Positions 1 to 9,924 of a stretch of 32,000 nucleotides of DNA are shown in pieces. Position 1 is the stretch's first letter. Each line of letters begins with the position of its first letter. Source of the DNA: Methylophaga frappieri (GTDB taxonomy: Bacteria > Pseudomonadota > Gammaproteobacteria > Nitrosococcales > Methylophagaceae); contig NC_017856.1 in assembly GCF_000260965.1 (NCBI RefSeq), positions 900,001 through 932,000 on the forward strand, read 5' to 3'. The notes beneath the pieces were generated by a model that worked only from the letters and a program-made list of their open reading frames with translations, was not told the origin of the DNA and did no database searches. Position numbers and translations under genes: made by a program.

Positions 1-6
1 GATGCC

Positions 7-648
7 TTGAATGCGCCCCTACTGGTTTCGCCTGATTTACTGGATCAGGTTGCAGATCAACTTGCCGAGAACGGCTATTGTATTTTGCCACAGCTGTTAC
101 CGCTGCCATTAAATCATGATTTGTATCGACGCGTTGCTCGTCTGGACGACCATAATGCGTTGACCCGCGCCGGTATTGGGCGTGATCAACAGTTTCAATT
201 AAACACGACAATTCGTCGAGATGAAACACGCTGGCTAAGTGACGAACACCCGATCGATCAGGCTTATCTCGCTGCAATGTCATCATTTCGTCTCGCGCTC
301 AATGAGCGACTTTTTCTCGGCTTGTTTGATTATGAAGCACATTTTGCGCATTATGGTCCAGGTGCATTTTACAAACGCCATGTCGATGCATTTAAAGGAC
401 AATCAAACCGGATTCTGACAACGGTTTTGTATCTCAACCCTTTCTGGCCAGCAGAAGCGGGAGGTCAACTGGCTATGTACCAACCCGGCACAGAAAAGAT
501 AATCGCATCCGTTGAACCCGAACTGGGCACCTTTGTTGTTTTTTTAAGTGACACCTTTCCACATGAAGTCTTGCCCTGCCGACAGGATCGTTACAGTATC
601 GCAGGCTGGTTTCGTTGTCTTGATCCCTTGCAAGCGCCGTCAATTTAA
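7..648 (+). CDS. 2OG-Fe(II) oxygenase, prolyl-4-hydroxylase/PHD-like. The start is uncertain and may extend off the left edge.
   Basis: 213-aa ORF with an HxD...H facial triad (YKRHVDAF ... FPHEVLP) and a distal RxS motif (RYSIAGWF), typical of P4H-type 2OG oxygenases. The track start is a TTG at nt 7 and the frame is open to nt 1. The TAA stop is immediately followed by the ATG of def. Confidence 0.7.
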   Translation: MNAPLLVSPDLLDQVADQLAENGYCILPQLLPLPLNHDLYRRVARLDDHNALTRAGIGRDQQFQLNTTIRRDETRWLSDEHPIDQAYLAAMSSFRLALNERLFLGLFDYEAHFAHYGPGAFYKRHVDAFKGQSNRILTTVLYLNPFWPAEAGGQLAMYQPGTEKIIASVEPELGTFVVFLSDTFPHEVLPCRQDRYSIAGWFRCLDPLQAPSI

Positions 649-1185
649 ATGACTGATCTCGACTGGGAAATACGCGAGCTAGGCCATCCGCAACTTAGAA
701 AACCAGCCAACCCTGTATTGGATATTGCCGAACCAGATACACAGCGATTACTCGATAATCTGCTGACCTTTGTTGTCCAGAAGCAAGGCATGGGTATCGC
801 AGCACCCCAGGTGGGTATTAGCCTGCAAATTTTTATTATGTGCAGTCACCCAAATCAGCGATATCCGAATGCGCCAGTGATGAAGCCAGCCTGCATCCTT
901 AACCCAACTATTCTCCATTATTCAACGGAAATGGAAAAAGACTGGGAAGGTTGTCTCAGTATCCCCGGATTACGGGCTTTGGTACCGCGGTCAAATGCTA
1001 TTGATGTTGCGTACGACACGCGCCAAGGTGAGCGTGTTCAAATCCGATATACCGGGTTTCTGGCCAGATTGTTTCAACATGAATACGATCATCTGCAAGG
1101 CCGGCTGTTTATTGATCATGTCGATTCCACACTGGACATAATGACCGAGAAACAATGGCGAAACACCCTATCCACTATGGCATAA
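649..1185 (+). CDS. def: Peptide deformylase (paralog; not in a def-fmt context)
   Basis: All three Def motifs are present: GMGIAAPQVG, EGCLSIPG and QHEYDHLQG. Length is 178 aa. The ATG abuts the stop of the upstream oxygenase (TAAATG). Confidence 0.9.
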   Translation: MTDLDWEIRELGHPQLRKPANPVLDIAEPDTQRLLDNLLTFVVQKQGMGIAAPQVGISLQIFIMCSHPNQRYPNAPVMKPACILNPTILHYSTEMEKDWEGCLSIPGLRALVPRSNAIDVAYDTRQGERVQIRYTGFLARLFQHEYDHLQGRLFIDHVDSTLDIMTEKQWRNTLSTMA

Positions 1186-1193
1186 ACAACAAG

Positions 1194-2264
1194 CTATGCT
1201 GATTGCCCGAACATGATTCCAACTGACGTTGCCAAGGCATCAGAACGGCCTGGCGAACGCAATGCTTGCATGATCGGGTCACGCAAATTTGGCAAATATA
1301 AAACATCTGCCAATAACTGACTAAACCCGGGTTGCCCCGCATCATTAATTGCCAAACGCTCACAAAATAAATGCGCGATCGTTGGCTCTGCCAAAGTTGA
1401 CCAGCAACGGCCACTCACCACGGCGAGTATTTCGACGTTGCGACTACAGTCATGTTGCAAAACTTTTCTGACAGTTTCTGCAACCAGCCCTTGAGCAGCC
1501 GTATTTGAAATCGCTCTCAGGCAAGCAGCTACGTGATTGACGTCGGGATCAACCTCACCCAAGGCCGCCGAGAGCTGCGCTATGAATGCTTCTACCAAAC
1601 TGGTTGGAATGGCAACCTGCTCAAGAAACCGGGCAAGCGTTTGAAACGGCGTTGCCGGCAACCCAGGTAGCGTTTGAATTAAGTCCGCTACATCATCTGT
1701 CTCCGGCAAGCGCACCGCCACATCGGCCACTCCCTGGAGTGCTAATTCCGACCAGACTTGTGAATCAGCGTTGCCAGTGAAATACGCCTTCGCGGCCGGA
1801 AAATACGGTGACGGAGGCAGGCGCAGTGTTGCCGTTGCGAGGGCATTAAATGCCGCCATTTTTTCTTCTCGTGGCGTAAAACTGTAAGGACTGTCTTTTA
1901 ACGCACCTTGAAGCCGGTGACCATCTGCCGCGGCCAACATGGATTCACCGACGCGATCCAGCACCGCCACCAGAAACTCATCGCGTGCTACTTGCAATAA
2001 CAAGCCCTGTTCGTCCAAGGGAAGCTGAAGAAACCAGACATAATGCTGATCTGGTCGCCCTGGCGCCCAAAACACGATAGCCAGCCAAGCCATACGCTGA
2101 AATGGCATCGGATACGGCAACGCCGCATTTTCAATACGCGCAAAATCAGTCGAACTGATTTTACTAACGCGCCGTCCCATATCGAAGATTCGGTATTTGG
2201 TGCCGCTTTGCTCAAAAAAAGAAGTCAGCGTCGATATTTTTTGCTGCGCCATCAATTCACTCAA
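1194..2264 (-). CDS. Conserved hypothetical protein, possibly DUF3549 family (family name recalled, not verified)
   Basis: A 356-aa ORF with no detectable catalytic motif. It is co-oriented with argJ and overlaps its stop. The track start is a TTG at 2264 (TTGA overlap with the argJ stop). An ATG at 2252 (MAQQKIS...) is an equally plausible start. Confidence 0.6.
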   Translation of the reverse strand: MSELMAQQKISTLTSFFEQSGTKYRIFDMGRRVSKISSTDFARIENAALPYPMPFQRMAWLAIVFWAPGRPDQHYVWFLQLPLDEQGLLLQVARDEFLVAVLDRVGESMLAAADGHRLQGALKDSPYSFTPREEKMAAFNALATATLRLPPSPYFPAAKAYFTGNADSQVWSELALQGVADVAVRLPETDDVADLIQTLPGLPATPFQTLARFLEQVAIPTSLVEAFIAQLSAALGEVDPDVNHVAACLRAISNTAAQGLVAETVRKVLQHDCSRNVEILAVVSGRCWSTLAEPTIAHLFCERLAINDAGQPGFSQLLADVLYLPNLRDPIMQALRSPGRSDALATSVGIMFGQSA

Positions 2265-3487
2265 GTGCGATATTCGGCGTTAATCTTAACGTAGTCGTAT
2301 GACAGGTCACAGGTCCAGACTAAATCTTCTAAATCGCCGCGCCCTAACGCGACATGGATAGTCAATTCTGACTGATTCATCACCGCTTGGCCCCGAGCTT
2401 CAGTGTAATCGGGCGCGGGTTGCCCTGCCGAAACAATTTGGACTTCATCAAGCGCAATATCCACTTTGGTCAAATCAAGTGCATTCAGACCACTGCGGCC
2501 AACCGCGGCCAAAATTCGCCCCCAGTTTGGATCCGAAGCAAATAACGCCGTTTTCACTAATGGCGAATGAGCGATTGTATAAGCGACTTGACGACATTCC
2601 GCACTATCCGCACCGCCAGTTACATTGATACTGATGAATTTGGTAGCCCCTTCACCATCCCGCACAATTGCTTGAGCCAAGTACCGGCACAAATCAGTCA
2701 GTGCTTCAACAAAGCACTGTGCATCATCACTGTCCAGTTCGGTAATTTCGGCTTGCCTTGCTCTACCAGTGGCAATAAGCACACAAGCATCATTCGTAGA
2801 CGTATCACCGTCGACGGTAATACGATTAAAACTTTCATCCATGACTTTTTGCAGCATCACTGACAATAAAGGCTGGCTGATCACTGCGTCAGTGGCTATA
2901 TAGGCCAGCATGGTCGCCATGTCCGGTCGTATCATGCCCGCACCTTTAGCGATACCGGTTATGGTCACGACTTGACCACTCAGCCGACATTGCACACTTC
3001 GTGCCTTGGCAACTGTATCCGTAGTCATGATTGCCTTGGCTGCACCTAACCAGTTATCAGCTTGCAAATTTGCAACCGCATCTGGCAACACAGCTTCGAT
3101 CTTGTCAACGGGCAGTTGCTGACCAATGACCCCGGTTGAAAAAGGCAGAACAGCGTGGCTGGACACTCCGGTCACTTCTGACACAGCCTGACATGACTGT
3201 CGGGCGGCTTGCATACCTTGCTGTCCGGTTCCTGCATTGGCATTTCCGGAATTAATCAATAAATAGCGTGGTGATGTTTTTTTCTGATGCTCACGGCAGA
3301 TTTGTACCGGCGCAGCACAAAACGCATTTCGCGTATAAACCGCGGCCGTCGCACTGTGCTCCGCAATTTCAATCAGCACAACATCTTGGCGCCCCGGTTT
3401 TTTGATGCCAGCACTCGCGGTGGCAAGACGAATTCCTTGGATTGGCAATAAATCCGCTGCATCAGGCGGCAATAAATTTACTGCCAT
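2261..3487 (-). CDS. argJ: Bifunctional glutamate N-acetyltransferase / amino-acid acetyltransferase ArgJ
   Basis: 408 aa with the autoproteolytic site context PDMATMLAYIATDA and the TTDT motif. The start overlaps the secA stop by 1 nt (TAATG). Confidence 0.92.
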   Translation of the reverse strand: MAVNLLPPDAADLLPIQGIRLATASAGIKKPGRQDVVLIEIAEHSATAAVYTRNAFCAAPVQICREHQKKTSPRYLLINSGNANAGTGQQGMQAARQSCQAVSEVTGVSSHAVLPFSTGVIGQQLPVDKIEAVLPDAVANLQADNWLGAAKAIMTTDTVAKARSVQCRLSGQVVTITGIAKGAGMIRPDMATMLAYIATDAVISQPLLSVMLQKVMDESFNRITVDGDTSTNDACVLIATGRARQAEITELDSDDAQCFVEALTDLCRYLAQAIVRDGEGATKFISINVTGGADSAECRQVAYTIAHSPLVKTALFASDPNWGRILAAVGRSGLNALDLTKVDIALDEVQIVSAGQPAPDYTEARGQAVMNQSELTIHVALGRGDLEDLVWTCDLSYDYVKINAEYRT

Positions 3488-6213
3488 TAACTGACTTTAC
3501 CACAACAATGTTTGAATTTTTTACCGCTGCCACATGGGCATAATTCGTTGCGGCCCACTTTACGCCCATCCCGAGTAATTGGCGCAGACGCCATCGGTTG
3601 AGGTGGTGTTGGCTCCGCTTCTTGCTCAGCAGATGTGGTGGCTTCGGCATGCTGATATTCAACGTCATCAACAGACTGACGCCGCTGTGCTTCAACGGCT
3701 TCAATATCGGACTCAGCACGCACCTGTACACGAGAAATCAGACTGATGACTTCACGCTTGATATTGCCCAGCATGGTTGAAAACAGCGTAAATGCCTCAC
3801 GCTTGTATTCCTGTTTGGGATCTTTTTGCGCGTAACCACGCAGATTAATCCCCTGACGCAAATAATCCATTTGCGCGAGATGTTCTTTCCATTGTGAATC
3901 CAGCGTTTGCAACATGACGGCTTTTTCAAAATGGCGCATCAGTTCGCTACCCACCTGCTGTTCTTTTTCCTGACTGGCAGCTTCTGCTGCTTCAATAATT
4001 TTTGTTCGCAGCGTCTCTTCATACAAACTACTATCTGCTTCCAGCCAGCCACTGATATCCAGATCCAGTGCAAAGTCATCGCGCAATGCATCCTCCAGAC
4101 CAGAAATATGCCATTGCTCATCAATACTGTTTGGTGGCACATAAATGCTGATCACATCATTCAATACGCTTGCACGCATGCTGACGACATTTTGGGACAA
4201 ATCGTCAGTAGCCATCAATTCATTACGCTGCTCGTAGACAACTTTTCGCTGATCATTGGCGACATCATCAAACTCAAGCAGCTGCTTACGGATATCAAAG
4301 TTGTGTCCTTCAACTTTCCGCTGGGCATTCTCAATCGCACGGCTGACCCAGGGATGTTCGATGGCTTCACCTTTTTCCATACCTAATTTTTGCATCAGGC
4401 TGGCCATGCGATCTGACGCAAATATCCGCATCAGATTATCTTCCAGAGATAAGTAGAATCGGGTTGATCCCGCATCACCCTGACGTCCGGAACGACCGCG
4501 CAACTGATTATCAATCCGCCGCGATTCATGACGTTCTGTGCCAATAATATGTAAGCCGCCGGCGCTAACAACGGCATCATGGCGCTGTTGCCATGCCGCT
4601 TTTACCGCTTTTTTCTGTGCCTCATCGGCTGGGTCAGACAGTGTCTCCAAATCGGCATCCAGACTCCCGCCTAAGACAATATCTGTTCCCCGACCGGCCA
4701 TATTGGTCGCAATCGTTACAGCGCCGGGTTTGCCTGCATGAGCAATAATCTGCGCTTCTTTTTCGTGGAACTTGGCATTCAATACTTCGTGCGGAATTTT
4801 AGCCTTGGTCAGTAATGTATCGAGATACTCTGAGCTCTCGATAGAGGCTGTTCCGACAAGAACCGGCTGTTTTCTGTCAACACAATCCTGAATATCATGC
4901 AGAATCGCGTCGTATTTTTCAGTGGCCGTCAAATAGATTCGATCAGCTTCATCTTTTCGTTGCATTGGCCGGTGCGTCGGGATAACGACCACTTCCAACC
5001 CATAAATAGAATGTAACTCATAAGCTTCGGTATCTGCGGTACCTGTCATACCGGACAGCTTGTCGTAAAGACGGAAATAATTTTGGAAGGTAATTGAAGC
5101 TAGCGTCTGGTTTTCATTTTGAATCCGGACGCCTTCCTTGGCCTCAACAGCTTGGTGTAAGCCTTCTGACCAACGCCGCCCAGGCATCGTACGGCCCGTG
5201 AATTCATCAACAATGACAACCTGATTATCCTGAACGATGTAGTCCACATCGCGTTGAAATAGAACATGCGCACGCAGTGCCGCCGTAACATGATGCATCA
5301 GACCAATATTGGCTGCATCGTATAGACTGGCATCTTCATTCAAGATCCCGGCGGTAGTCAGCAGTTGCTCAACCTTCTCATGCCCCTGCTCAGTAAAGTG
5401 CACCTGCTTGTTTTTTTCATCAACCGTGTAATCACCGGGCTTGGTCACCTCCTCATCCTGTTCTTCCTGTCGGATCAATTGCGGAATCAACGCATTGATC
5501 TGCTGGTAACGTTCAGAACTATCTTCCGCTGGACCAGAGATGATGAGAGGGGTTCGTGCTTCGTCAATTAAAATGGAGTCAACTTCATCAATCACCGCGA
5601 AATTAAGATCACGCTGAACCTTATCTTCCAAACGAAAAGCCATGTTATCGCGAAGGTAATCAAAGCCAAATTCATTGTTGGTGCCATAAGTAATATCGGC
5701 AGCATAGGCTTGACGACGCTCTTCGCCATCCAATCCGCTGACAATAACTCCCGTAGACAACCCTAAAAAACCGTATAACTTACTCATCCAGGCAGCATCA
5801 CGCTGAGCCAGATAGTCGTTGACGGTAATAACATGCACGCCTTTACCTTCTAAGGCATTTAGATAAACGGCCAAGGTAGCAACTAGTGTTTTACCCTCAC
5901 CCGTTTTCATTTCTGCAATTCGGCCATCATTCAAGACCATACCGCCAATAAGCTGGACATCAAAATGTCGCATTTCAAGGGTGCGCTTGCCCGCTTCTCG
6001 AACAACAGCAAAGGCTTCGGGCAAAATATCACTCAGGGATTGACCATCATTTAAGCGCTGACGAAATTCGGTGGTCTTGGCGGCTAAGGCAGCATCATCA
6101 AGCTCAGCGTAGGTAGTCTCCAGATGATTAATCTGATTCACTATTTTTTGCAGCTTTTTAACAACCCGGTCATTACGACTGCCTAAAAGCTTGCTAAATA
6201 TCTTGCCTACCAT
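3487..6213 (-). CDS. secA: Preprotein translocase ATPase SecA
   Basis: 908 aa with Walker [14 protein letters not shown]-like [11 protein letters not shown] and the C-terminal zinc finger [14 protein letters not shown]. Confidence 0.98.
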   Translation of the reverse strand: MVGKIFSKLLGSRNDRVVKKLQKIVNQINHLETTYAELDDAALAAKTTEFRQRLNDGQSLSDILPEAFAVVREAGKRTLEMRHFDVQLIGGMVLNDGRIAEMKTGEGKTLVATLAVYLNALEGKGVHVITVNDYLAQRDAAWMSKLYGFLGLSTGVIVSGLDGEERRQAYAADITYGTNNEFGFDYLRDNMAFRLEDKVQRDLNFAVIDEVDSILIDEARTPLIISGPAEDSSERYQQINALIPQLIRQEEQDEEVTKPGDYTVDEKNKQVHFTEQGHEKVEQLLTTAGILNEDASLYDAANIGLMHHVTAALRAHVLFQRDVDYIVQDNQVVIVDEFTGRTMPGRRWSEGLHQAVEAKEGVRIQNENQTLASITFQNYFRLYDKLSGMTGTADTEAYELHSIYGLEVVVIPTHRPMQRKDEADRIYLTATEKYDAILHDIQDCVDRKQPVLVGTASIESSEYLDTLLTKAKIPHEVLNAKFHEKEAQIIAHAGKPGAVTIATNMAGRGTDIVLGGSLDADLETLSDPADEAQKKAVKAAWQQRHDAVVSAGGLHIIGTERHESRRIDNQLRGRSGRQGDAGSTRFYLSLEDNLMRIFASDRMASLMQKLGMEKGEAIEHPWVSRAIENAQRKVEGHNFDIRKQLLEFDDVANDQRKVVYEQRNELMATDDLSQNVVSMRASVLNDVISIYVPPNSIDEQWHISGLEDALRDDFALDLDISGWLEADSSLYEETLRTKIIEAAEAASQEKEQQVGSELMRHFEKAVMLQTLDSQWKEHLAQMDYLRQGINLRGYAQKDPKQEYKREAFTLFSTMLGNIKREVISLISRVQVRAESDIEAVEAQRRQSVDDVEYQHAEATTSAEQEAEPTPPQPMASAPITRDGRKVGRNELCPCGSGKKFKHCCGKVS

Positions 6214-6347
6214 GACTAAACTTACCTAGTTGATGCACGTCATCAAAAACGTGGATTGATTGATAAAGGCGCGATTATAACGCGGACGATGCCTAAGATC
6301 GAAGTCTTAGTCTGTGAAATGGTGGCGAAAGCAACGATTACAAGTGA

Positions 6348-7253
6348 TTACTCAGCATCGGCATAATTGTAGGGGTTAACCGGCTTGCCATCTTTGAGGA
6401 TTTCGTAATGAACGTGGGGCCCTGTTGAGCGACCTGTCGATCCCATGAGGGCTATCACTTCTCCTTTCTTAACACGGTTCCCTGCTTTTACTTTTAAAGT
6501 CTTATTGTGCGCGTAACGGGTGACATAGCCATTGCCATGATCAATTTCAACCATACCACCATAACCACCACGCATTCCCGCCCACGCGACAATACCATCA
6601 GCGGCGCTAAGCACTTCACTGCCCTCTTTACCGGCAAAATCAAGGCCATCATGAAAGACACGTTTTCCGTTAAAAGGATCAACACGCGTACCGTAGAATG
6701 AAGATATCCATCCCTCCTTTACCGGTCGTCCAGTAGGAATTGCCGTCACGATACTATCATTGGTTAACAGATAATCCTGCAAGGCCGCCATGGTCTCTTG
6801 CTGAATAGCAAAGGCCTCGCTCAGACTGGCAATTCCTTTATCAAGCTCTTCACTCGTTAACAAGCGCGCATCACGTTCAATGCCGCCCATACCCAGTCCC
6901 AGATCCAGTTCACTAACATCAAACCCGGCAATTTCAGCAAGTCTTTGATTGAGCATTTTCAGGCGAATAGCTTCAGCCTGCAGCCCCCCAAGTTGCTGTG
7001 CGTAAAAACCTTGAAAAGATTCGCTTTGCGTTGTATTCACGGTGATGACATCATCAACAGACGGCGATAATACATCGGTGTTAACGAAATGCGGAGCGGA
7101 TGGCGCAGTGGGCAGATTTAACCAGTGAAGAACAGAATAAGTAAGGCCGGAGATGAGAGAAACAAGCAGCAGTGTTATTACAAGGAGACTGGCTCGACCT
7201 AGATGCCACTGCTTATGTCCGGCTTTATTTGTCGGTATGATAATGATCTGCAT
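6348..7253 (-). CDS. Membrane-anchored M23 family metallopeptidase with intact catalytic motifs
   Basis: 301 aa. An N-terminal hydrophobic anchor (LLVITLLLVSLISGL) is followed by a central helical region. The C-terminal M23 domain has HxxxD (HDGLD) and HxH (PHVHYE). Confidence 0.85.
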   Translation of the reverse strand: MQIIIIPTNKAGHKQWHLGRASLLVITLLLVSLISGLTYSVLHWLNLPTAPSAPHFVNTDVLSPSVDDVITVNTTQSESFQGFYAQQLGGLQAEAIRLKMLNQRLAEIAGFDVSELDLGLGMGGIERDARLLTSEELDKGIASLSEAFAIQQETMAALQDYLLTNDSIVTAIPTGRPVKEGWISSFYGTRVDPFNGKRVFHDGLDFAGKEGSEVLSAADGIVAWAGMRGGYGGMVEIDHGNGYVTRYAHNKTLKVKAGNRVKKGEVIALMGSTGRSTGPHVHYEILKDGKPVNPYNYADAE

Positions 7254-7282
7254 TGTTTTCGCTCAGTCTTGGAATTAAATTC

Positions 7283-7732
7283 ATGTCGGAAAAACCACGG
7301 CTTTTATCAGCCTTATTCCAACACCATCCTCACCTGCTGCAACTCCACAGTCGCGCACAGAAATTAACCCAGCTTGATTATCATATGCAAGCAATTTTAC
7401 CTGCCAACTTTGCTGGACGTTGCCGTCTGGTCAATCGTGACCTCGATCACATTATGGTCATTGCCGATACTGCGGCAATTGCTAGCTTATTGCGCTTTCA
7501 AAGCAGAAAAATCTGCCAGCACCTTTCTGACCAGCTCCATCAACAGATTAGCAAAATGACCGTCAAAGTTCGACCAGACTTTGCTACTCTGCCCGCAAGG
7601 CCGAGACTCAAAAACCAGCTCAAACTGACACATGAGCATGTCAGTCTGCTTGAACAAACCGCCGAACAAATCAGCGATATAAAATTGAAAACCGCCCTTT
7701 TTCGTCTGGCTAAGCGCGGCTCAAAAACTTAA
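7283..7732 (+). CDS. dciA: DUF721 / DciA-like protein (putative replicative helicase operator)
   Basis: About 149 aa from the ATG at 7283 (MSEKPRL...). The track ORF begins 30 nt earlier, at 7253. The central segment ([35 protein letters not shown]...MTVKVRP) fits the DUF721 pattern. Its position between lpxC and the M23/secA genes matches the DUF721 gene of Pseudomonas/Vibrio as I recall it. Confidence 0.55.
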   Translation: MSEKPRLLSALFQHHPHLLQLHSRAQKLTQLDYHMQAILPANFAGRCRLVNRDLDHIMVIADTAAIASLLRFQSRKICQHLSDQLHQQISKMTVKVRPDFATLPARPRLKNQLKLTHEHVSLLEQTAEQISDIKLKTALFRLAKRGSKT

Positions 7733-8646
7733 CTGACAATTGATGCTGCAGGACGACTGAATAAAATTGGCGCGTCTTTGTCTTCTTCAAAACTCACTAA
7801 TTCCCAAGCATCTTCCTGTGCCAATAACTTGCGAAGCAAACGATTATTTACTTCATGACCAGACTTGTGCCCGACAAAAGCGCCAATCAAACTATGACCA
7901 AGTAAATACAAGTCGCCAATAGCATCCAGCACTTTGTGACGAACAAACTCATCTTCATAGCGCAGACCATCTTCATTCAGAACCCGAAAATCATCCACGA
8001 CAATGGCGTTGTCCATACTGCCACCTAACGCCAAGTTCATTTCACGCAGTTTTTCTATGTCTTTCATAAACCCAAAGGTCCGGGCCCGGCTGACCTCACG
8101 CACAAACGATGTGGAGGAGAAATCAACATCTACCTGCTGAGGCCGACCGGTAAAAGCCGGATGCTCAAAATCAATCGTGAAAGACACTTTAAACCCTTCA
8201 AAAGGCTCAAACTTGGCCCACTTGTCCCCGTCCTCCAGAATGACGGGTTTTTTGATTCGAATAAATTGCTTGGCGACATTTTGCTCTTCGATACCCGCTG
8301 ACTGCACCAAAAAAACAAAAGGACCGGCACTGCCATCCATGATCGGCACTTCGGCAGCATTCAAATCGATATAGGCGTTATCGATACCCAGACCTGCAAG
8401 GGCAGACAAAAGATGTTCGACTGTTGATACCTTTTGACCGTGCTGAACCAAGGTGGTTGACAGGGCTGTTTCGCCAACATTAATCGCTTTGGCTTCAATT
8501 TCAACCACCGGATCCAAATCTATCCGACGAAAAATAATCCCGGTATTAGGGGCCGCTGGCCGCAATGTAAGATAAACCATCTCACCACTATGCAAGCCTA
8601 CACCAGTGGCACGAATCACATTTTTCAATGTTCGCTGCTTGATCAC
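7729..8646 (-). CDS. lpxC: UDP-3-O-acyl-N-acetylglucosamine deacetylase LpxC
   Basis: 305 aa with the N-terminus [21 protein letters not shown], nearly identical in pattern to E. coli LpxC. It has a GTG start with a GGGGAG Shine-Dalgarno (SD) sequence upstream. It is the last gene of the dcw cluster. Confidence 0.97.
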   Translation of the reverse strand: MIKQRTLKNVIRATGVGLHSGEMVYLTLRPAAPNTGIIFRRIDLDPVVEIEAKAINVGETALSTTLVQHGQKVSTVEHLLSALAGLGIDNAYIDLNAAEVPIMDGSAGPFVFLVQSAGIEEQNVAKQFIRIKKPVILEDGDKWAKFEPFEGFKVSFTIDFEHPAFTGRPQQVDVDFSSTSFVREVSRARTFGFMKDIEKLREMNLALGGSMDNAIVVDDFRVLNEDGLRYEDEFVRHKVLDAIGDLYLLGHSLIGAFVGHKSGHEVNNRLLRKLLAQEDAWELVSFEEDKDAPILFSRPAASIVS

Positions 8647-8682
8647 GGTGCTGTTCTCCCCTAAATATTCAAAGATCGGATA

Positions 8683-8710
8683 ATAATATCATAAGCTTAG
8701 CAACTGTCAC
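8683..8710 (-). promoter_or_regulatory. Candidate sigma70 promoter for lpxC
   Basis: On the minus strand: GTGACA (8710..8705), a 16-nt spacer, then an extended -10 TGaTATTAT (-10 hexamer 8688..8683). This lies about 37 nt upstream of the lpxC GTG. A second GTGACAG copy lies 11 bp further upstream. Confidence 0.3.
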
Positions 8711-8730
8711 CTATCTGTCACATTTTCAGG

Positions 8731-9894
8731 CTAATCCGCTTGGCGACGCAGAAAAGCAGGAATGTCCAGATAATCCATATTGACATCACCATTCGCGACT
8801 TGTTTCGGCGACTCATTTTTTGTGCCATTACGAATCACGGTTGGCTCATCATAATCAACTTCTGCGGGCTTTTTAACGATTTCAATTTGCGGACTGGGTT
8901 GCGGTACCTCAACCGGTTTAGCGGGTACTGCACGGCTACCTCCCAACCCAGTGGCGACCACCGTCACCCGTAATTCATCCGTCATGTCCGGATCAATTAC
9001 CGTACCGACAACCACGGTGGCGTCATCAGAAGCAAACTCTTTAACGGTATTACCCACTTCTTCAAACTCACCAATGCTCATATCCAGGCCCGCGGTGATA
9101 TTAACCAGCACCCCTCTGGCACCCGCCAGATCAACATCTTCCAGTAACGGACTTGAAACCGCCAGTCTTGCCGCCTCTGTTGCCCGGCTTTCACCCGATG
9201 CCCGGCCGGTTCCCATCATCGCCATGCCCATTTCTGACATCACTGTTCGCACGTCAGCAAAGTCGACATTAATCATCCCTTCCCGGGTAATCAGCTCAGC
9301 AATGCCTTGAACCGCACCCAACAGCACATCATTAGCTGATTTAAATGCATTGATCAGGGTCATTTCCTTACCCAGCACTTTCAACAGCTTTTCATTCGGA
9401 ATGGTAATCAGGGAATCAACATGCTGTCCCAACTCTTCGATGCCATTCAGCGCTGTTTTCATTCGTTTGCCACCTTCAAATGGAAACGGTTTAGTGACGA
9501 CAGCAACCGTCAAAATGCCCATTTCTTTGGCGACCTGCGCGACAACTGGCGCTGCTCCAGTTCCGGTGCCGCCGCCCATGCCAGCCGTAATAAAGACCAT
9601 GTCTGCACCATCGATGACTTCCATAATGCGTTCGCGATCTTCCAAGGCTGCCTGACGACCGACATCTGGGTTTGCTCCTGCCCCAAGGCCTTTAGTGATA
9701 TCCGTGCCTAACTGCAATTGCGTGGTTGCCGCGCTTCGACGCAATGCCTGAGCATCGGTATTGGCACAAATAAAATCGACGCCTTCGATTTTATTTACCA
9801 CCATGTGTTCCAGCGCATTACCGCCACCACCGCCAACACCAATTACTTTGATGACGGCATTTTCTGTATATGTGTCAATCAATTCAAAAGTCAT
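8731..9894 (-). CDS. ftsZ: Cell division GTPase FtsZ
   Basis: 387 aa with the tubulin signature [11 protein letters not shown] and the conserved C-terminal peptide [15 protein letters not shown] strong SD (AGAGGAGAAA) lies upstream. Confidence 0.98.
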   Translation of the reverse strand: MTFELIDTYTENAVIKVIGVGGGGGNALEHMVVNKIEGVDFICANTDAQALRRSAATTQLQLGTDITKGLGAGANPDVGRQAALEDRERIMEVIDGADMVFITAGMGGGTGTGAAPVVAQVAKEMGILTVAVVTKPFPFEGGKRMKTALNGIEELGQHVDSLITIPNEKLLKVLGKEMTLINAFKSANDVLLGAVQGIAELITREGMINVDFADVRTVMSEMGMAMMGTGRASGESRATEAARLAVSSPLLEDVDLAGARGVLVNITAGLDMSIGEFEEVGNTVKEFASDDATVVVGTVIDPDMTDELRVTVVATGLGGSRAVPAKPVEVPQPSPQIEIVKKPAEVDYDEPTVIRNGTKNESPKQVANGDVNMDYLDIPAFLRRQAD

Positions 9895-9924
9895 AACATT
9901 TCTCCTCTTAAAAAAATCACTTGC

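Noticed and set aside
1175-1414. A 79-aa minus-strand ORF and other small ORFs (1586..1780, 1988..2215, 2043..2294) within the DUF3549-like gene region.
   Set aside because: They are nested in alternative frames of a longer ORF that is translationally linked to argJ. They are Cys/Trp/Arg-rich with no start-site support.
3462-3731. An 89-aa minus-strand ORF spanning the secA/argJ junction.
   Set aside because: It is out of frame within the secA 3' end and overlaps the well-supported argJ start (TAATG junction). It has no independent evidence.
3907-4386. A 159-aa + strand ORF and several 60 to 70-aa ORFs inside secA.
   Set aside because: They are antisense to, or out of frame within, a strongly conserved SecA coding sequence. 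Their composition is low-complexity and Cys/Phe/Ile-rich, with no SD or motif support.
6274-6302. A perfect TATAAT (minus strand, 6279..6274) about 60 nt upstream of secA, as a secA promoter. Also a TGATG-CACGT-CATCA inverted repeat in the putative 5' UTR.
   Set aside because: There is no acceptable -35 (tcgatc at 17-nt spacing) and no TGn extension. The inverted repeat has only 5-bp arms. It is plausible but too weak to report as a feature.
8951-9711. Three + strand ORFs (119, 101 and 96 aa) antisense to ftsZ, Ser/Thr/Pro/Ala-rich.
   Set aside because: This is the typical mirror-frame artefact of a Gly/Ala/Val-rich gene. They overlap each other and ftsZ completely and show no independent signals.
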